This document shows positions 35,690 through 49,504 of a DNA stretch of 64,000 nucleotides, piece by piece; positions within the stretch are counted from its first letter, which is position 1; each line of letters begins with the position of its first letter. Where the stretch lies: positions 124,001 through 188,000 of the forward strand of contig JALDZX010000042.1 of NCBI GenBank assembly GCA_022813865.1, read 5' to 3'. A program made the position numbers and the translations under genes. Below the pieces are notes generated by a model, which was given only the letters and a program-made list of their open reading frames with translations, was not told the DNA's origin and searched no databases. The DNA is from Xylographa opegraphella. Its lineage: Eukaryota.

Positions 35690-38062
35690 CTTCCCCCTTC
35701 GGCTTGCGAAGAAGCGCGAGTATGTAAGTGGGAAGGTGACCGAAGCTGGAGTGTATTGTGCACCGATGTGCGTTCGGGTTGCAGTACTTGCTGCGGACCG
35801 GTTCAAAAAGAGGTTGAATGAAGTGAAGAGAGCGAAGGTCGGAAACGTCGTGTTGATGATTGACGGTGAGGGAGACACCAGGCCCCTCACTGAACTGGGT
35901 ATTCTAAAGATTGGGGTGAGGTTGGCTACCAAATTTTCAGTGGATCAGAATCGGGAGGACCCCTAGATTAAGCGAGTAACGAATTGAAATTGCAGCTTTT
36001 GTATGATAAACCTTTTTCCGTACTTTACGTCCAAAACAGTGAGAGTTCTGCGCTCCTCTTTTGACAGTTCAGAACAATAATCTCGAGGCAGTTTACCGGA
36101 ATACTGTTTACATGGGCTAGACATAGAATAATAAAATACACATTGGCAATAGCTCCCGAGCCCAAGCAGACCCTTTAATCCGCTTCCGAAACCCTCCACA
36201 ATGCCAAGTTACTATCATGGTACTGTTCTCGATCGACCCTCCTCGTGTCCTAGAAGCCGTTCCGACCCTTGCCATCACGAGCCAGCAGCTCAACAACTGC
36301 CCTTGTCCCGTCCAGTAGTTCCATCTTCCCAGAAAACCCTTAAAGACCGTTCGACAATGACTCAGACTGACATTTTATGCTCTCACGTTCGGCTCAAATT
36401 TCACCATTTTGATACTGAGGTCGTTCAAAGCGAGTTTTGCTCACATTGAACGCTGCTACTCGGACTGGCGGCCAAATTCCTGCCTTTGAAAGAGCCAAGG
36501 TGGCGCGTACAGAGGCATCGTTGATAATCACCGGGGTAGATTTCCGTTTCAGAAGAGGAAGGAAAGCACTGGTAAGACAGGCGACCCATGTAAAGTTAGT
36601 GGATAGCGTTTGGGTCCAGCTGGCCTGCAGGTTCGAATTGGAGGGTTTGATTGGGTATAAAGGCCATTCCCGCGTTGTTGACAAGGACTAGGGCAGAGTT
36701 AGCAGCACATTCGATGGTTCCACAGTAGATATAGCAACAGATCGACCTGGAGAGAGTGACACGTAGCAGTTTTTCTAATGGTGATGTGACGGGCTGCCTT
36801 GGTCGTAGCAAGAAGCGAAACCATGAGATGTACATATCGAATAACTCGCATAGAAATACAGAGAACAACCGGAAAATAGTGGATTCAAAAGCAACATCGG
36901 GAATGACTTACCATCCAAGCCGCGAAACCGCTTCTACATCCACTCCTCCGCCTTGGCAATACTCTCATCACTCGTAACCTCAAGATCCAAGACGTCAATC
37001 GCAGCCGTCACACCCAGCTCACGCAGCCACCGAACAGCTACCTCGCCATTTGCCGGGCTCCTGCAGTCCAGAAGAAACCAATCTCGTAAAAAACACCAGG
37101 CGAGACTTCAGAGCACGACCAAACCACAGCCTACCCAACGCCCATCAGCAATGTCGCAAAGTAAACAGAAAAAACAACCTACTTCTGTTTGCGCCGGTAA
37201 CGGACACTTTCCCTGCTGCCATTACTCCTTCCTTCCGAAACTCCCTGCGTTTGTTCAGCGACGCAGGCGTCGTACGTTTGAAGGATGACGTCTGCGTACA
37301 TCATGGCTGCTGATTAATAGCCTTCAGGAACTCCGTACGGGGAAGACGCATGGATTGCAATCCTGTTCTTATAGTTGATGTCTCGACTCTGGAGCCTAGT
37401 GGTAAAAGCCGACGGACATTGTTGCATGAACCGGACTTAACGTTTGGAGTCCGAGAAGGGACGCGCGGGCCGAAGGACGAGACAGCGATGCATGGGGTAC
37501 GGACTTTGATGCACCTACTCGAACTCAAACTAGGTAGGGATGATTGTTACTCGTCGGAGCTGATTTGTCAAGCTTGGCCACGGGAATAGTAACATCGTAA
37601 TGGTAGTCGATATTTAGCAGTAGCGCCACACCACCTGTGATCCATATTCCGCTACCTTATGCAGCTTTTACTTTAAGAAGTTTTAGACAAGGTAGTCGAT
37701 TCACCGCAGATATAAACCTATCTGTACCAGCCGTTTAATAATCTAGTTTTAATATTCGCCAGTCGTTATAAATCATTTCAAGATCGAAATCTCAAGTTTT
37801 GATGACAGTAATAGCATACAAGAAATATTTATCTCGAACCATTCACTAATTCGAATACATATTTGCACAATGACGTTCAAATCGCTCTGAGAGACCCGTA
37901 CATCCGTCCAGTTCTTTCCGTATCCTAATGGAACTATTTCCGGGTGTCTTTCGATCCAATGTGACCGCCCATCGATGCCTTCGTAATTTTGCGATTGCGA
38001 GCGAAAGATTCTTGCGTTCTCGAATTGGTTGTGATTTTGTAAAAGTATTCAAATCCACATCA

Positions 38063-41033
38063 TCAGCTTCTGTGCGTACTGGTTTGTTGCGGTCTCCATG
38101 ACGCATCCATACCAACGGTGTGTCCATCCCATCCCATCCCGTCAAGCATGTGTCTCCAGCCCTCTCCTAGCGGACTGAGACCTGAGGCTGGAAGTCCAGG
38201 ATCTTGGCCAAGTTCCCACACCGGATGCACCGAATATTGTTCGGCATCGGAGATCATACGACCATCAGCCTGCGGAAATCCTCCTTCGGCGGACGGAGTA
38301 AAAGCAGCGAAGGGGACAGAAGGATTGTAATAAGGTGAAGGACCAGCAGTATTGTGTACTGGAGGCTGCTGGGACGGGTCCATATCGTCGTTGTTCTGTG
38401 GAGAGTATGAGGTATTCGAAGAGCCGTGGTGGGAAGTCGTTGGAGTTGGATGATTGGATATGGAATGATGTCGATCGCTGGTATGATCCGACGACATCTC
38501 GGTATCGAAGTTGTTATTGCTACGAATGTGGCTCATATTCCCATCGGGTCCACCAGTGAATACCTCACTCCAGCCATGATTCGACGCAGCGCCTTGCAGC
38601 TGCGACGACGGGTCATTGGGTTGGCCATAATTTTGCAAGGGGCTCCGGTGTTCCCTGGTAGGTACGGTGAAACTGGTCATCCGATATCGAGTGCTTGGTA
38701 TATCGAGTCCGGAATCGGGGGACTCTCCCGTGGAAATCTGGCTTGGCTTCAAGGTCGAGTTTCGAAGCGAGTGGTAGCTTGGTTGGGTGGCGGAGTGTAC
38801 TGGAAGTAATCCAGAGCAGTTTGTTCCCTCCTCGTAGATTTCAGACTGCAGCATGGTTAGTTGCAAAAGCGAGTGACGGAGCAAAGCGATTGCTTACCAC
38901 GGCCTTCTTCAACCCGAACGAGAACCTGAGATTGTTGAGTGGGTTTTCAACCCCACACCCATCGAGATCAACCATCAGCTGAACCAGGAAGGATTCCGAA
39001 AGTGGATTCTTCTTCCTTTGGGCCTGCATCGCATTCAGGAGAAATTCTAAGTTGCTCCGAGTGAGCATATCGTCCGGTTGCTTTTTGTAGGTATGGATGT
39101 AAATACGTGCAGCCACGTATAGACAGAACGACATGAATGGGTTCATCTACCAGAGACTGTCAGCTTCGCCACAGCGGTGATACCTAAAGGATCTATGGCG
39201 TACACTTCCGATATCAATGTGGGTAATCAGCCTCATGATACTAATGATCTCACTTGCGGCAAGGAAGCACCGGTCTGTACTTTGCTTGATCATTTCCATT
39301 CCGAGCTGGTACCGCTCAGCTTTGAGAATGGCGGCCTGATGTAAGCAGATTGTAGAAGTGTGCAGGTTCAGGTTAACAAAGACAATGTTGGCATCACGGA
39401 CACCCTCAGGCAACCGCAAATGCTCGGGCAAGAACATAGCAATATTGGTAAGGATATTATCCATGGCACGGTGGCGTTTCCAGAATTCACCATTCGCAGG
39501 ATCTTCCGGACGATCGTTAGCATCGGGTCGATGGAGATGTGTAAGATTGCGACCGAAGAGTGTCGCCAGGACCACCACGGCAGCATACGGCGACAGAGAA
39601 GCTGCGCCCTCGGAAGTCATGGATTCACTTAACGACAGCGTGGTTTTAGCTTTGCTCTGTTCGAACGCACCTTCAGTCGAGGGGAGCTTTGTCAGAATCT
39701 ATGACTGTGGTGAGCTGGTTGACAAATAGAGAAGTTGGTAACAAAGATGACAACTTACGTCTTTCTCTTCTATGGTCATCGGCCAGCCAGTCCCTATGCT
39801 GGCATAGCGATCCCCACAATAGCACGCCCAGAACGTCCTCCGCCGCTCCTCACGATCAGTCCAATCTCGAGGCGGTCCGAGAGTCTGTTTCACTTCCAGC
39901 GCATCTCCATCGCATCGATGAAGACCCATCATTTGAGCTAACCTCGTGCTCTTGCCAGCGCTCATCCAAGCTCGTGGGAAGTACATCATCTTGAACTCAT
40001 ATGTTGCGATCAAACACCAACACTGGCAGTGTCCGATGGTGATAAAAGATTCACCGTGACCCTTGAGTTCGTCGGTCTCGGCGTATTTTCGAGCTCTATG
40101 GTAAAAGACGTCTTGATAATGAAAGTATTTCTCCGTCACCGAACATGCAATACTCCACATAGCGTAGCGAAGACACACGGCGGGTCGCATGTGAGGCGCT
40201 AGATTCATGGCCGCCAGGTAGCGGTACTTGTGCATCATCGGTACCGAAGGGTGAATCTTTTCGAAATAGATTTGGTGACTGCAGACATGTCAGCGCACGA
40301 CTCGCAGGGCAGAAGCAAGGCAAACTCGCAGCTCGTCAATCATGTCCTGTGGCGGAAGTTGTTCCTCTAAGCCTAGACCTATCATTTCCCACGACAGCGG
40401 CTCCCCAAATCCGAGGCCTATCTCGCCTGACTGCATGATGTTGGGCATCACCGGCTTCGACTGTGCACTGGAAGTGTCTAAGAAACCACTGATCATGTCT
40501 TCGTCCCCCATTGCCATGCCAATATCCAGGTCATTCAGCTGGAAACCTGGGCGAGACACATGCGGGGCGGTTGTCGAAGGAGAGTGATTCGGTATCTGTG
40601 ATCGAGTCCGATCTTTGTACTTGAGCTGAGTTTCCACGTGTGCTGCAACGCAAGCCAGCCAAAGTCAGCGTAGTCCAGGCATCCGATTCCGGTAGGGAAA
40701 AGTCACCGAGCACTCACCCAGTCTTGCTTCCAATTCCTTTACATAACCACGCTTTGGTCCACTCTTCCGGCGAACCTCGTCATACCCACACTTGTGACCG
40801 AGCCTTTTGCAAGTCCCACAGCTGGGTTTGTCACCATCGCACTTCAGTTTTCGCTTTCGACAGATGACACATGCTATTCTCTTTGGTCTCGGGATCCCGT
40901 TCTCCATTCCCTCGCCAAGCATGGTGGAAGGATCGCGCGGGCTATCGGAGCGATTCGAGCGGAGGCTGGGCTGCCGCGAAAGGTCGTTGAAGTAGTCATC
41001 CTCGGGAGAAGTGGAATCTTGCTGCGACATCAT
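38063..41033 (-). CDS. Zn(II)2Cys6 transcription factor with fungal TF middle-homology region
   Basis: ACVICRKRKLKCDGDKPSCGTCKRLGHKCGY..KSGPKRGYVKELEARL, then RAWMSAG..LAQMMGLH..EERRRTFW..DRYAS..GWP. Several introns. Confidence 0.92.
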
Positions 41034-43334
41034 AAAGCAGCAGAGATGCGAAGCACCGCAAAGCCCTCCGCCACCCGGTGGTTTTGCAGAGTGAATCCTT
41101 CACCAGCCGGGGACGACAACGACACGAGGATAGACGTAGTGAGTTTGAACTGGTTGGCTGGTCGGTCAACAGGCAGGAATGAAGGCGGTAGGTCTCGGTA
41201 GATGAAGCGTTACGAATCCAAAAGTACGGCGTAGGCCAATATAGCCCCCAGGAGGATCTCGATGGCCCTCTGACCCCGCGGCGTCGTCGACTGTGTCAAC
41301 AACGTCAAGCGATCCAAGGATGCGCGACAACAATCAGAGGAAGACAGCAGATGGAAATAGAGAAATTCTTTTCAGAGCATGGCAGGGACGCAGGCAGCAC
41401 ATGGTGGTTTGAAGCGCAAAGGAAATAAGGCAGGCTCCTGATAGCCAGACATTATTACTGGTGCACACTAAGTCGGGAGGTAGACTAGGACCTAGGTAGG
41501 ATAGAATACCATGCTACAGCAGCCTGCCCCCCAACATCCCTGCCGCGCACGCGGACGCTCACCGGCTTTTGTGAGTAGTAGTAAGGTAAGCTATCTCCAT
41601 ACCATAGTGAGGTACACATTATTGCAAGGCCCGTTGGTGCGTTGGGGGCTGGAAAAGCCGCGCCCCTCCACTACTGTGCTACGTCGGTAGGTGCTAACTT
41701 TGATACTAATACTAGCCCCGTCGTCAAGCGAACCGCTGATAGTGATCTATTAATGTCGACCAAGTACTAAGTATGAGCAACGAGTAATGTCTTCCTCCCA
41801 ATCACTGCCGTCGATCGATGACCCTATATCGTCATGGGTGGAAGAACGCATATGACAAGCTTGTGGGAGGGACGAGTCAGGGAAGGAGATGAGAGGAATA
41901 TGGGGAATAGGGATATTGCGGCCATCCTCAACGGCGAGGATCTATGCTTTCGATAATGTGCTCCCACGAACGAGCAAGTAGTCGTCCACTCCCCCGGCAC
42001 CCAGGGGTTGCTGGTGGCCATTCCAGGCCAACAGCTCGTCCGTGTTCGAGACCAGTTCCTGAGGCACAAAGGCCGCCAGGAGATCGAGTTATCAAGCACC
42101 AGCTGGATTCAGATCGTGGTTGTAGTAATCCCCTTTTGGCCTTGTGCTTTCGGCGGTTAAACCAGAAGCTTGGCTGGATCCATCCAATCAGATCCGCCCA
42201 CGAGCTGATTAATACTCTGTATCATCCAGTTGGCAGCGGGCAGCTGAACCGCAATCCCATGCGTTCGCTCCGCATTGCGTCCGTCTCCCAGACCGCAAAT
42301 GCAAACAGCCAAGGAAGCCCCGGTTAGTCAAACCGAGGCGCAATCATGAACCATCGCCTGGAAGAGCTCGTCGTTTTAGCTTATGGGGTGTTGGATTGTG
42401 GACGTTCTTGTCGCAGTGCCTCCACCGTCCGTAGTGTGTTTCTTGCCATGGATCGAGAGAGGCTGTGACGCTGGCGATCTCGTTTGATCGGAAGCCATCC
42501 GACTGTCCAGCATAGTCGGGAGTGGTGTTGATAGCTACTACCACCACACTTGCCACGAGTCCACGACCATCCATGTGCCAGGACAACGGCTGCAGAAAGC
42601 CCGCCGGTGGGCTGCATATCCCAGTCTTTGGACGGTGGTCTGCAATTCGTAGTAGTATGCACGAATACAGGTATAGACCACGTTGGCGTCGAGGGTTCTG
42701 GCAGCTGGCGTGATGCCTACCTACGCGCCGCTGCCTTGTCCAGCCACGCTAAACCGAATAAGCACGTCCCTCCAATGACGGTGAGGATGACCCGACCCGC
42801 CTACTCTGGTCATGAATGTGCGTACACACGACTCGACTCGGTGCTATGACTCGATGGGACTGCGGAGCAAGATTAAAGGGAGTCTAAGAGGAGGCCGGAT
42901 TGTGCCGTGGGAACACCGTGATGATGACGATCTCCGTTAAGCATAACGCTCGAACTACAGCGCATCCAAAACACGCTTCACTCCTGCAAGGGTTACTGTG
43001 GTGAGGTGGAGATAAACTACAGTTCAACAAACCCCGTCGATCTAAATCCTTCAGCATTATCCACATTGGGTCAGAGCGACTCAGGCGATCGACCAGTCCG
43101 GAGGCCCTTTCATGGGGTGCATCTCACGTTCTGCTCTGGGAAGCCCCTGGTTGACCTAGTAAGCATGGACGTTCGGATCTGCAGCCCAAACACAAATCTT
43201 GAAACGCTTCTCGGTCCACAAATTGCCAGCTTGCGCTAAGATTCCACCCTGACGGCTGCCACTACCGTGCTGCGCCTGGGCGACCAACGATCAGGTCGAG
43301 TGCCAAGCTCATGAGCAGCAAACCATGGCTGCAA

Positions 43335-44548
43335 TCATCGCCGTGTCCCCCCTCCGGATTGATCGCGTTTCCGTCGGCCCTGGTTTCGGAACCGCGGAAT
43401 CACTACTGCCCGGTTGACGTTGGACTTCTTCCGGGTCTTATATCCACTTTTCGCCTGTCCCAAGCGTGTTAGCCTTCGCCCTGTCGTGCAACCCGAGTGT
43501 TCGTTGAAGAGTAGGAACTTACCGGAGTTCTCCCCCAGATACTGATGGGAATCACATTGCCTTTGGACTTTCCCCGACCACCGCCGTGGGGATGGTCGGA
43601 AGCATTCATCGCCACTCCCCGCACTGTAGGTCTGATCCCAAGCCACCGACTCCTTCCCGCCTTGCCTAGTTGCCGACGGTTGTAGTTGGCATTGCTCGCC
43701 ACACCGATCGTGGCGCAGGCCTGCTTGTGGATTTTTCTGACTTCACCGCTCTGGAGCTTCACGTTGACGTAAATATTCTTGGACTTCGGTGTCGTTCCAT
43801 CGGTCACCTGACGTTGGGCGTCGCTCGAGCCAACAAGCTGCCCATATGTGCCTGCACTCCTACACAACTGACCATGTGCGCCAGGTCGTAAGCCGATGTT
43901 GTAGATCAGCGTTCCCGGCGGGATCATATGGAGGGGGAGGCAGTTCCCTCTCCACGCAGTTTTGGCAGCGATCATGGCGGGGTCCATCACACCTCCCATA
44001 CTCTTCAACAGATCCGCTGGAATCCCCTTCCTGTAACTCTGGACCACGTCACCGGCTCGCATCCCCTCGGCCGCGACGATATAGGACTTCTCCTGGGTAG
44101 CGTCGTGGTTCAACAGCGCAATATGAGCACTCCGGCCGGGGTCGTGCTCGATACGCTCCACAGTGTGCTTGCCAGCCTCCATGCGCGAGAAATCAACGAC
44201 TCGTATCCTGCGTTTGTGCCCTCCTCCCCGATGCCTGACCATGACCCTGCCCGAGTTATTTCGCCCTCCGATTCCGTGTCCTTTTCTTGGGTAGGTCAAA
44301 GGAAGGTGGGCTCGCCCCTTCCACAGATGATCGTTTATAGGCCGCTTGAGATGGCGTACTCCAGGCGTCCGAGGCTTGTAAGTCCGCATCATGTTGCTCA
44401 GATCGTCTTCTCTGATGGGCGGAGGGGCTTCGAATGCCGAGGTCGTGGCAACTTCCGCGACTCCCGTTGCATATTGTCGACGAGCCAGTGAGTGGAGGCA
44501 TTGCCGGTGCCATGGTAAAGATAGACCACATATTCGTGGCTGCAGCAT
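43335..44548 (-). CDS. RML2: Mitochondrial ribosomal protein uL2m
   Basis: RTYKPRTPG.RH..GRNNSGR..VRHRGGGHKRRIR..IEHDPGRSAHIAL..RSAGT..GKAGRSRWLGIRPTVRGVAMN..DHPHGGG | intron | AKSGYKTR. Confidence 0.95.
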
Positions 44549-45514
44549 TTGTGCGACAGCTCGGGGATAGCGAGCGCGCAGGAGAAGTGCGAAGGCGTGG
44601 AACGTCAACGGCCTACTCCATCGACGAAGGTTCGGACGACCACCTGTACAATAATGTTACACTATTCGTGTACTTCGTTCGGAGTAGTGATGAAAATCAA
44701 GCTTGACACTTTTGCAGCGCCGTCCAATAGGAAGACTGCCACCAAGTCGCCAGTCGCGCACCAAAAGTCCACGCTAGGAAGGCGGCTGACTAAAGCAGCG
44801 CAGATTCCATCTTGTTTACCATGACAACGGCACGATGCTCTCCACCCATCAGCACTCGCGAATCTTTTTGATACTCCTTCCCACGCACGCTATACAACAT
44901 CGTAACCTATGAGTAGACTTCTACTTCCTACGATTCCTTGTATCTCTTCTTCCTTCATCTTCTGAAGGCATCGCTCATCCTCAGCCTCTCGAGTCGACGT
45001 GGGTCCCACGCCTAAAGCTTGGACGCCATTCAAGTGGTTAGTGCAAAACACCCAAGCGACGTGACTTTGCACGACTTCGACCTTGCACCTTGCAGACTCT
45101 TCACAACAACACTTTACCACACAGCATATAGAACCTCAACCTTTTACCAGAACAGTTCTACTGCTGTGTATCTCCGCTGGTCGAGTGACCCAGTGCTCAA
45201 TTGGATAATACCCCGCCATCCTTGCAGTACCTTGCAACTGCCATAACCAGCTACATCTTCAGAGGTCAGTCTCCTTGCTTCGCTTCCTACAGTTTCTTCG
45301 GTGTGTGCGGGTACATCGCTGAGTATGGCTTGCCACGAGAAGGACGTCAATGCACCCTTGGGTTTGTGATGACCAGCTCAGCTGCTAACGCTTCAATAGA
45401 TCGGCATAGATTTCAAAAGACTCATACTAGCACCAGAAATATCTCCACCCGTCCGCTTTCTTCGGAAGGGTTCGACGCGTCGGATCTTTCGTCTCTTTGT
45501 GGTAGCGTGCAACC

Positions 45515-47237
45515 ATGCCTCCAGTAAGTCATCACTGTCTAGCACGCAAACGCATCAGCCGCACCTCACCTCTTCATGCCGTCACATATGCTTGGAATAG
45601 CTTAGGATAAATGCTCACTTTGACTTCAGGCACGGTCGATACGACAACGCGTTGTCAACAACGAGAATGACGAAAACAGTGGCTCCATCCGCCTTACCAG
45701 GGCCAAGACAGCCGCTTTAAGCGGGCCCGAAGATCTGGTTGACGCCGGTCTGGCCAAAAAGGTTCTGCAGAGCAACAAATCCAGCATCAATAACCTCAGG
45801 ACCGCACCTTCACAGCGAAAACGAGCTGTGTTAGGTGACAAAAGCAAGTTTGCCACTAACCAGGTGACAACGAATCTGATTACGGATGGGAAAGACACCA
45901 AAAAGCCAGGTACAACCAAGACAACTCTTGTCTCGAAAGCATCACAGAATGCTGGTGTCCAGAAGATCTCCCGCTCAGCATCATCACGCTCGGTTCTAGG
46001 TGTGAAGGACACCAATAAAGGTGCTGCAGCTGAGTTGAAGCGTCCAGCTAGCGGCTCAGGTGTCATGGGCGTGGTGTCCAAGAAACGCTCAAAAACAAGC
46101 GATAGGGCGGTCAAAGCAGAGACACCACCGACCGAGAATGAGCCACAACGGAAAGCCGGCTTCGCAATTGAGATCGAGAAGCGAGTGCAGCTTGACACTA
46201 CGGAGGTTATCAAGGTGGAAGACCCATCCCAAAACGTAGGCGACGTGAGACAAGCTTTTGAGGATGGCGTTCCCGACCTCGACGCGGAAGATTTCGAAGA
46301 TCCTCTCATGGTTGCGGAGTATGTGGTGGAAATCTTCGAGTACTTCAAGGATCTCGAATTGACCACAATGCCCAATCCAGAGTACATGGAACATCAAGAG
46401 CATTTGGACTGGCAGGAACGACATGTCCTCATAGACTGGTTGATCGAAGTCCACGAGAAGTTCAATCTGCTACCGGAGACTCTGTACCTGGCCATCAACA
46501 TCATCGATCGCTTCCTCTCAACCAAGGTTGTCCAGCTCGAAAAGTTCCAGCTTGTGGGTATCACGGCCTTGTTCATCGCATCCAAGTATGAGGAAGTTAT
46601 GTCGCCTCACGTGTCCAATTTCTCTTATGTCGCACGTAACGATTATTCGGACACTGAAATATTGAGTGCCGAGCGGTACATCCTCTCTGCGTTGAACTAC
46701 GATCTAAGCTATCCCAATCCGATGAACTTTCTTCGAAGGATATCAAAGGCCGACAACTATGATATCCAGACCCGCACACTTGGAAAATACTTACTCGAGA
46801 TCAGTGTGGTTGATAACAAGTTCATGGAACACTTACCAAGTCATATTGCAGCGGCTGCAATGTACATGGCACGACTGATCTTGGATAGAGGGGAATGGGT
46901 AATTTCTGTCACTCGTGTATGGTTGTAATAATCTGACTTAGCGTAGGATGCCACGCTTTCTCACTATTCTGGATATACAGAAGAAGACATTATCCCGGTC
47001 TTCAAGCTTATGGTTGACTACTGTGGAAAGCCGATTAAACACGAAGCGTTTCACAAGAAGTATGCCCGTAAGAAGTACTTGAAAGGTATGTCTGGTTACC
47101 ACGACGAGCCACATTAATACTGATCGCTTCGATCAGCTTCCCTTCTCGTACGCCAATGGGCAAAGAAGTATTATTCCGTGCAGCTCGATGACGAATCGCC
47201 GAGATGTATACAAAATCCTAATGCCAACGGGGCGTGA
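45515..47237 (+). CDS. G2/M B-type cyclin (NimE/Cdc13/Clb2-like)
   Basis: MPP | intron 45524-45629 | ARSIRQRV..NENDEN..RAVLGD (D-box)..DPLMVAEYV.EIF.Y..LIDWLIEVH.KF.LLPETLYLA.NIIDRFLS..FIASKYEE..YPNPMNFLRRISKAD. Two further 3' introns. Confidence 0.94.
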
Positions 47238-48475
47238 CACCGCGACATTCGACGGCCACACACACTTTACCTTACAGCATCTCCATCCACATCTTTAAAG
47301 CTGTCGGCCACTACCATGTGGCCTCTCGTGGTGCTTCCACAACAACTTCTTCGCAGACGAATGAAGTAAAAAATATTGGCCAGTCACCATTTGCACATCC
47401 ACCACTTCACTGAGTGCTTACCGCACGAATCGATATTTCTGGCGTCCATGGCTTTACGAGTATCACTATCTCAAACTTGGCGTTTGCTTTTGCTCTTGAA
47501 TATTGCCCGCATCCAATCTGACGGTTACTTTCTGTTCAAAAGGCGGTGGTTATGACATCTGAGGAGTGTAGGACAACACGATGCGGTGCAAGATCACTTT
47601 TCTGGCAACGGTAGGATATTGAGTCTGCCTCTTTGTAGAGGATCGGGCATGGGATATTTGTCTGTGCTGGCAAGTACATTTGCACATTGTCCCCACGCAT
47701 GCCTCTTCGCCCTCAGTTGCTGGAAGTCGCTAATAGAAGCACCTTGCTCGTGATGTGACATTCGAACTATGTTGAATCATGTGCATAACAAACGATCCAA
47801 AACTTTCACAAATCCTTGCTTGCTGGGTGTAATACAAAGTTGCGGCTGAATACTCCTATTGCTTTCACGAATCCTCTCCTGACTTGCCAAAGTGATCACT
47901 CGCCGGCCGAGACATAATCACGGACGATTCTTGAGTATCTGTTGCGAGGCTGAAGGTAACATTATGATCTTCCCCGTGATGTGGTGGCTTCCGTTCCATC
48001 AGCTGTTTCGCAGTATCATAGATTGGTATGAATTTTTACTACACTACTATTGTAAATTACCAAGACGGCGCTGCATGATACCATGAAGAGGCACCCCACT
48101 CGAATGACAATTTCTCTTCGATCAAAGATCTGGGATCCGGATCTGGCGGCATATATCGCATGGAGTGGCTCATTTTCTTCGTTTCTTCCCTTATCCTGCG
48201 GGAGGAGTTAGTGGCTACCCGAGGTACTGGGGTCTTACAAGTGGGCTCTACACATATTTTGTACTTCAAGGTACGTCTATTATCAATTGTCCTTTTGTCG
48301 CAGTGGTCAAACCCTTTTGTTGTTCATCCATAGTTCTTTGTTCTACCACTCGCACTCGAAGCATGATTCCCCAACTATTTAAACGTTATTGATTACCAAA
48401 CGGCCCGGAGCATCTCACACACTGGAAGCGCAGAGTGACTCTATACGCCTGGAAGAACATCAACAACCAGAAGTC

Positions 48476-49394
48476 ATGAATAGTCTTTCGGCCATTGAAA
48501 TGAAATTTCTCGTCATCTCCGACACACACAATTTCGACTTCGATGAGCCTCCTAGCCGCTCACAGCCATTGCGACTGCCGATCCCGAAAGTCGATGTGCT
48601 TCTTCACTGTGGGGATCTAACCCAAGTTGGTGGGGTCTCGTCCTATAGAAGGCACTGAAAATGCTCGAAAGTATCGATGCAGAGCTCAAACTCGTTATTC
48701 CTGGCAATCACGACCTGGACCTCGATAAACAATACTGGGAGGCGCACTGCGATGACCTGGAACAGCACACCTCGGCTGTCAGTACTATGACGGGGCGTCT
48801 CGCGGAAGAAGCTGGGGTCTCCTATCTCGTTGAAGGGACGCACTCGTTCACTTTGAAGAGCGGAGCGAAGTTTACAATCTACGTTTCTCCATACACACCG
48901 GCCTTCTACGATTGGGCGTTCGCGTACGAGCGCAACGAGGACCGATTTAACAGCCCACGACAGGTCGCGGACGCTGTCACATCCATTGCCACCGAACCAA
49001 TTCCGGATGGAGTGGATATCGTTATGACGCACGGTTCACCCAGAGGAACTCTAGACTCGTGCTTAGGGGGAAATGTGGGATGTGACAACCTCCTCCGCGC
49101 TATACGACGAGTGAAGCCGATAATGCATTGCTTTGGCCACATCCGTGAAGGCAATGGAATTGAGATCATTGAGTGGCAGAAGACCGCTACCGGTCAATCC
49201 CCTCCGTCAGACGTAAACGCCATACACTAAAACTCCGACGAGAACACGATCAAAAATCCGTATCCTCAACCATTCAGGTGGAAACATGGTCAAGGAGAGC
49301 GGACGCTTGTTGTCAATGCTGCTATTATGACAGTGGATTACAAGCCCGAAAATGCACCCTGGCTCATCAGCTTGAACCTGCCTCGCTCCTCATG
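48476..49394 (+). pseudogene. Calcineurin-like metallophosphoesterase (MPPED/239FB-like), disrupted
   Basis: Motifs VISDTH, HCGDLT, PGNHD, MTHG, FGHI(R)E, NAAIM..N.PW. 1-nt frameshift near 48649, in-frame TAA at 49228-49230, and His-to-Arg at 49144. Confidence 0.8.
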
Positions 49395-49504
49395 AAATGG
49401 AAAGGGGAAACGTTTCATCCGGTAGTCTTCACGGGGCCGACGAGAATTTCTCCCATCGACCAAGGACCATTCACCGGTTTAAAGTATCCAAACACTAGGC
49501 CAAC

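Noticed and set aside
36201..37589. Chain of short plus-strand ORFs divergent from OLA1
   Set aside because: No coherent splice model or motif. A degraded or lineage-specific gene cannot be excluded but is unsupported.
41100..43330. Many short ORFs upstream of the Zn2Cys6 gene
   Set aside because: No coding signature; more consistent with a long regulatory or 5' UTR region.
44549..44608. TTG-started extension of uL2m (similar ones at TIM44 and the ankyrin gene)
   Set aside because: Short. For uL2m and TIM44 the ATG-started N-terminus already looks like a presequence; the ankyrin extension contains acidic residues.
45265..45399. Putative cyclin B 5' UTR intron containing GTGATGA as a snoRNA box C
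   Set aside because: The intron is plausible but unverified; no box D follows before the acceptor.
49228..49230. RIP as the cause of the premature TAA
   Set aside because: A single possible CpA-to-TpA change, with no AT-rich, TpA-enriched tract around it.
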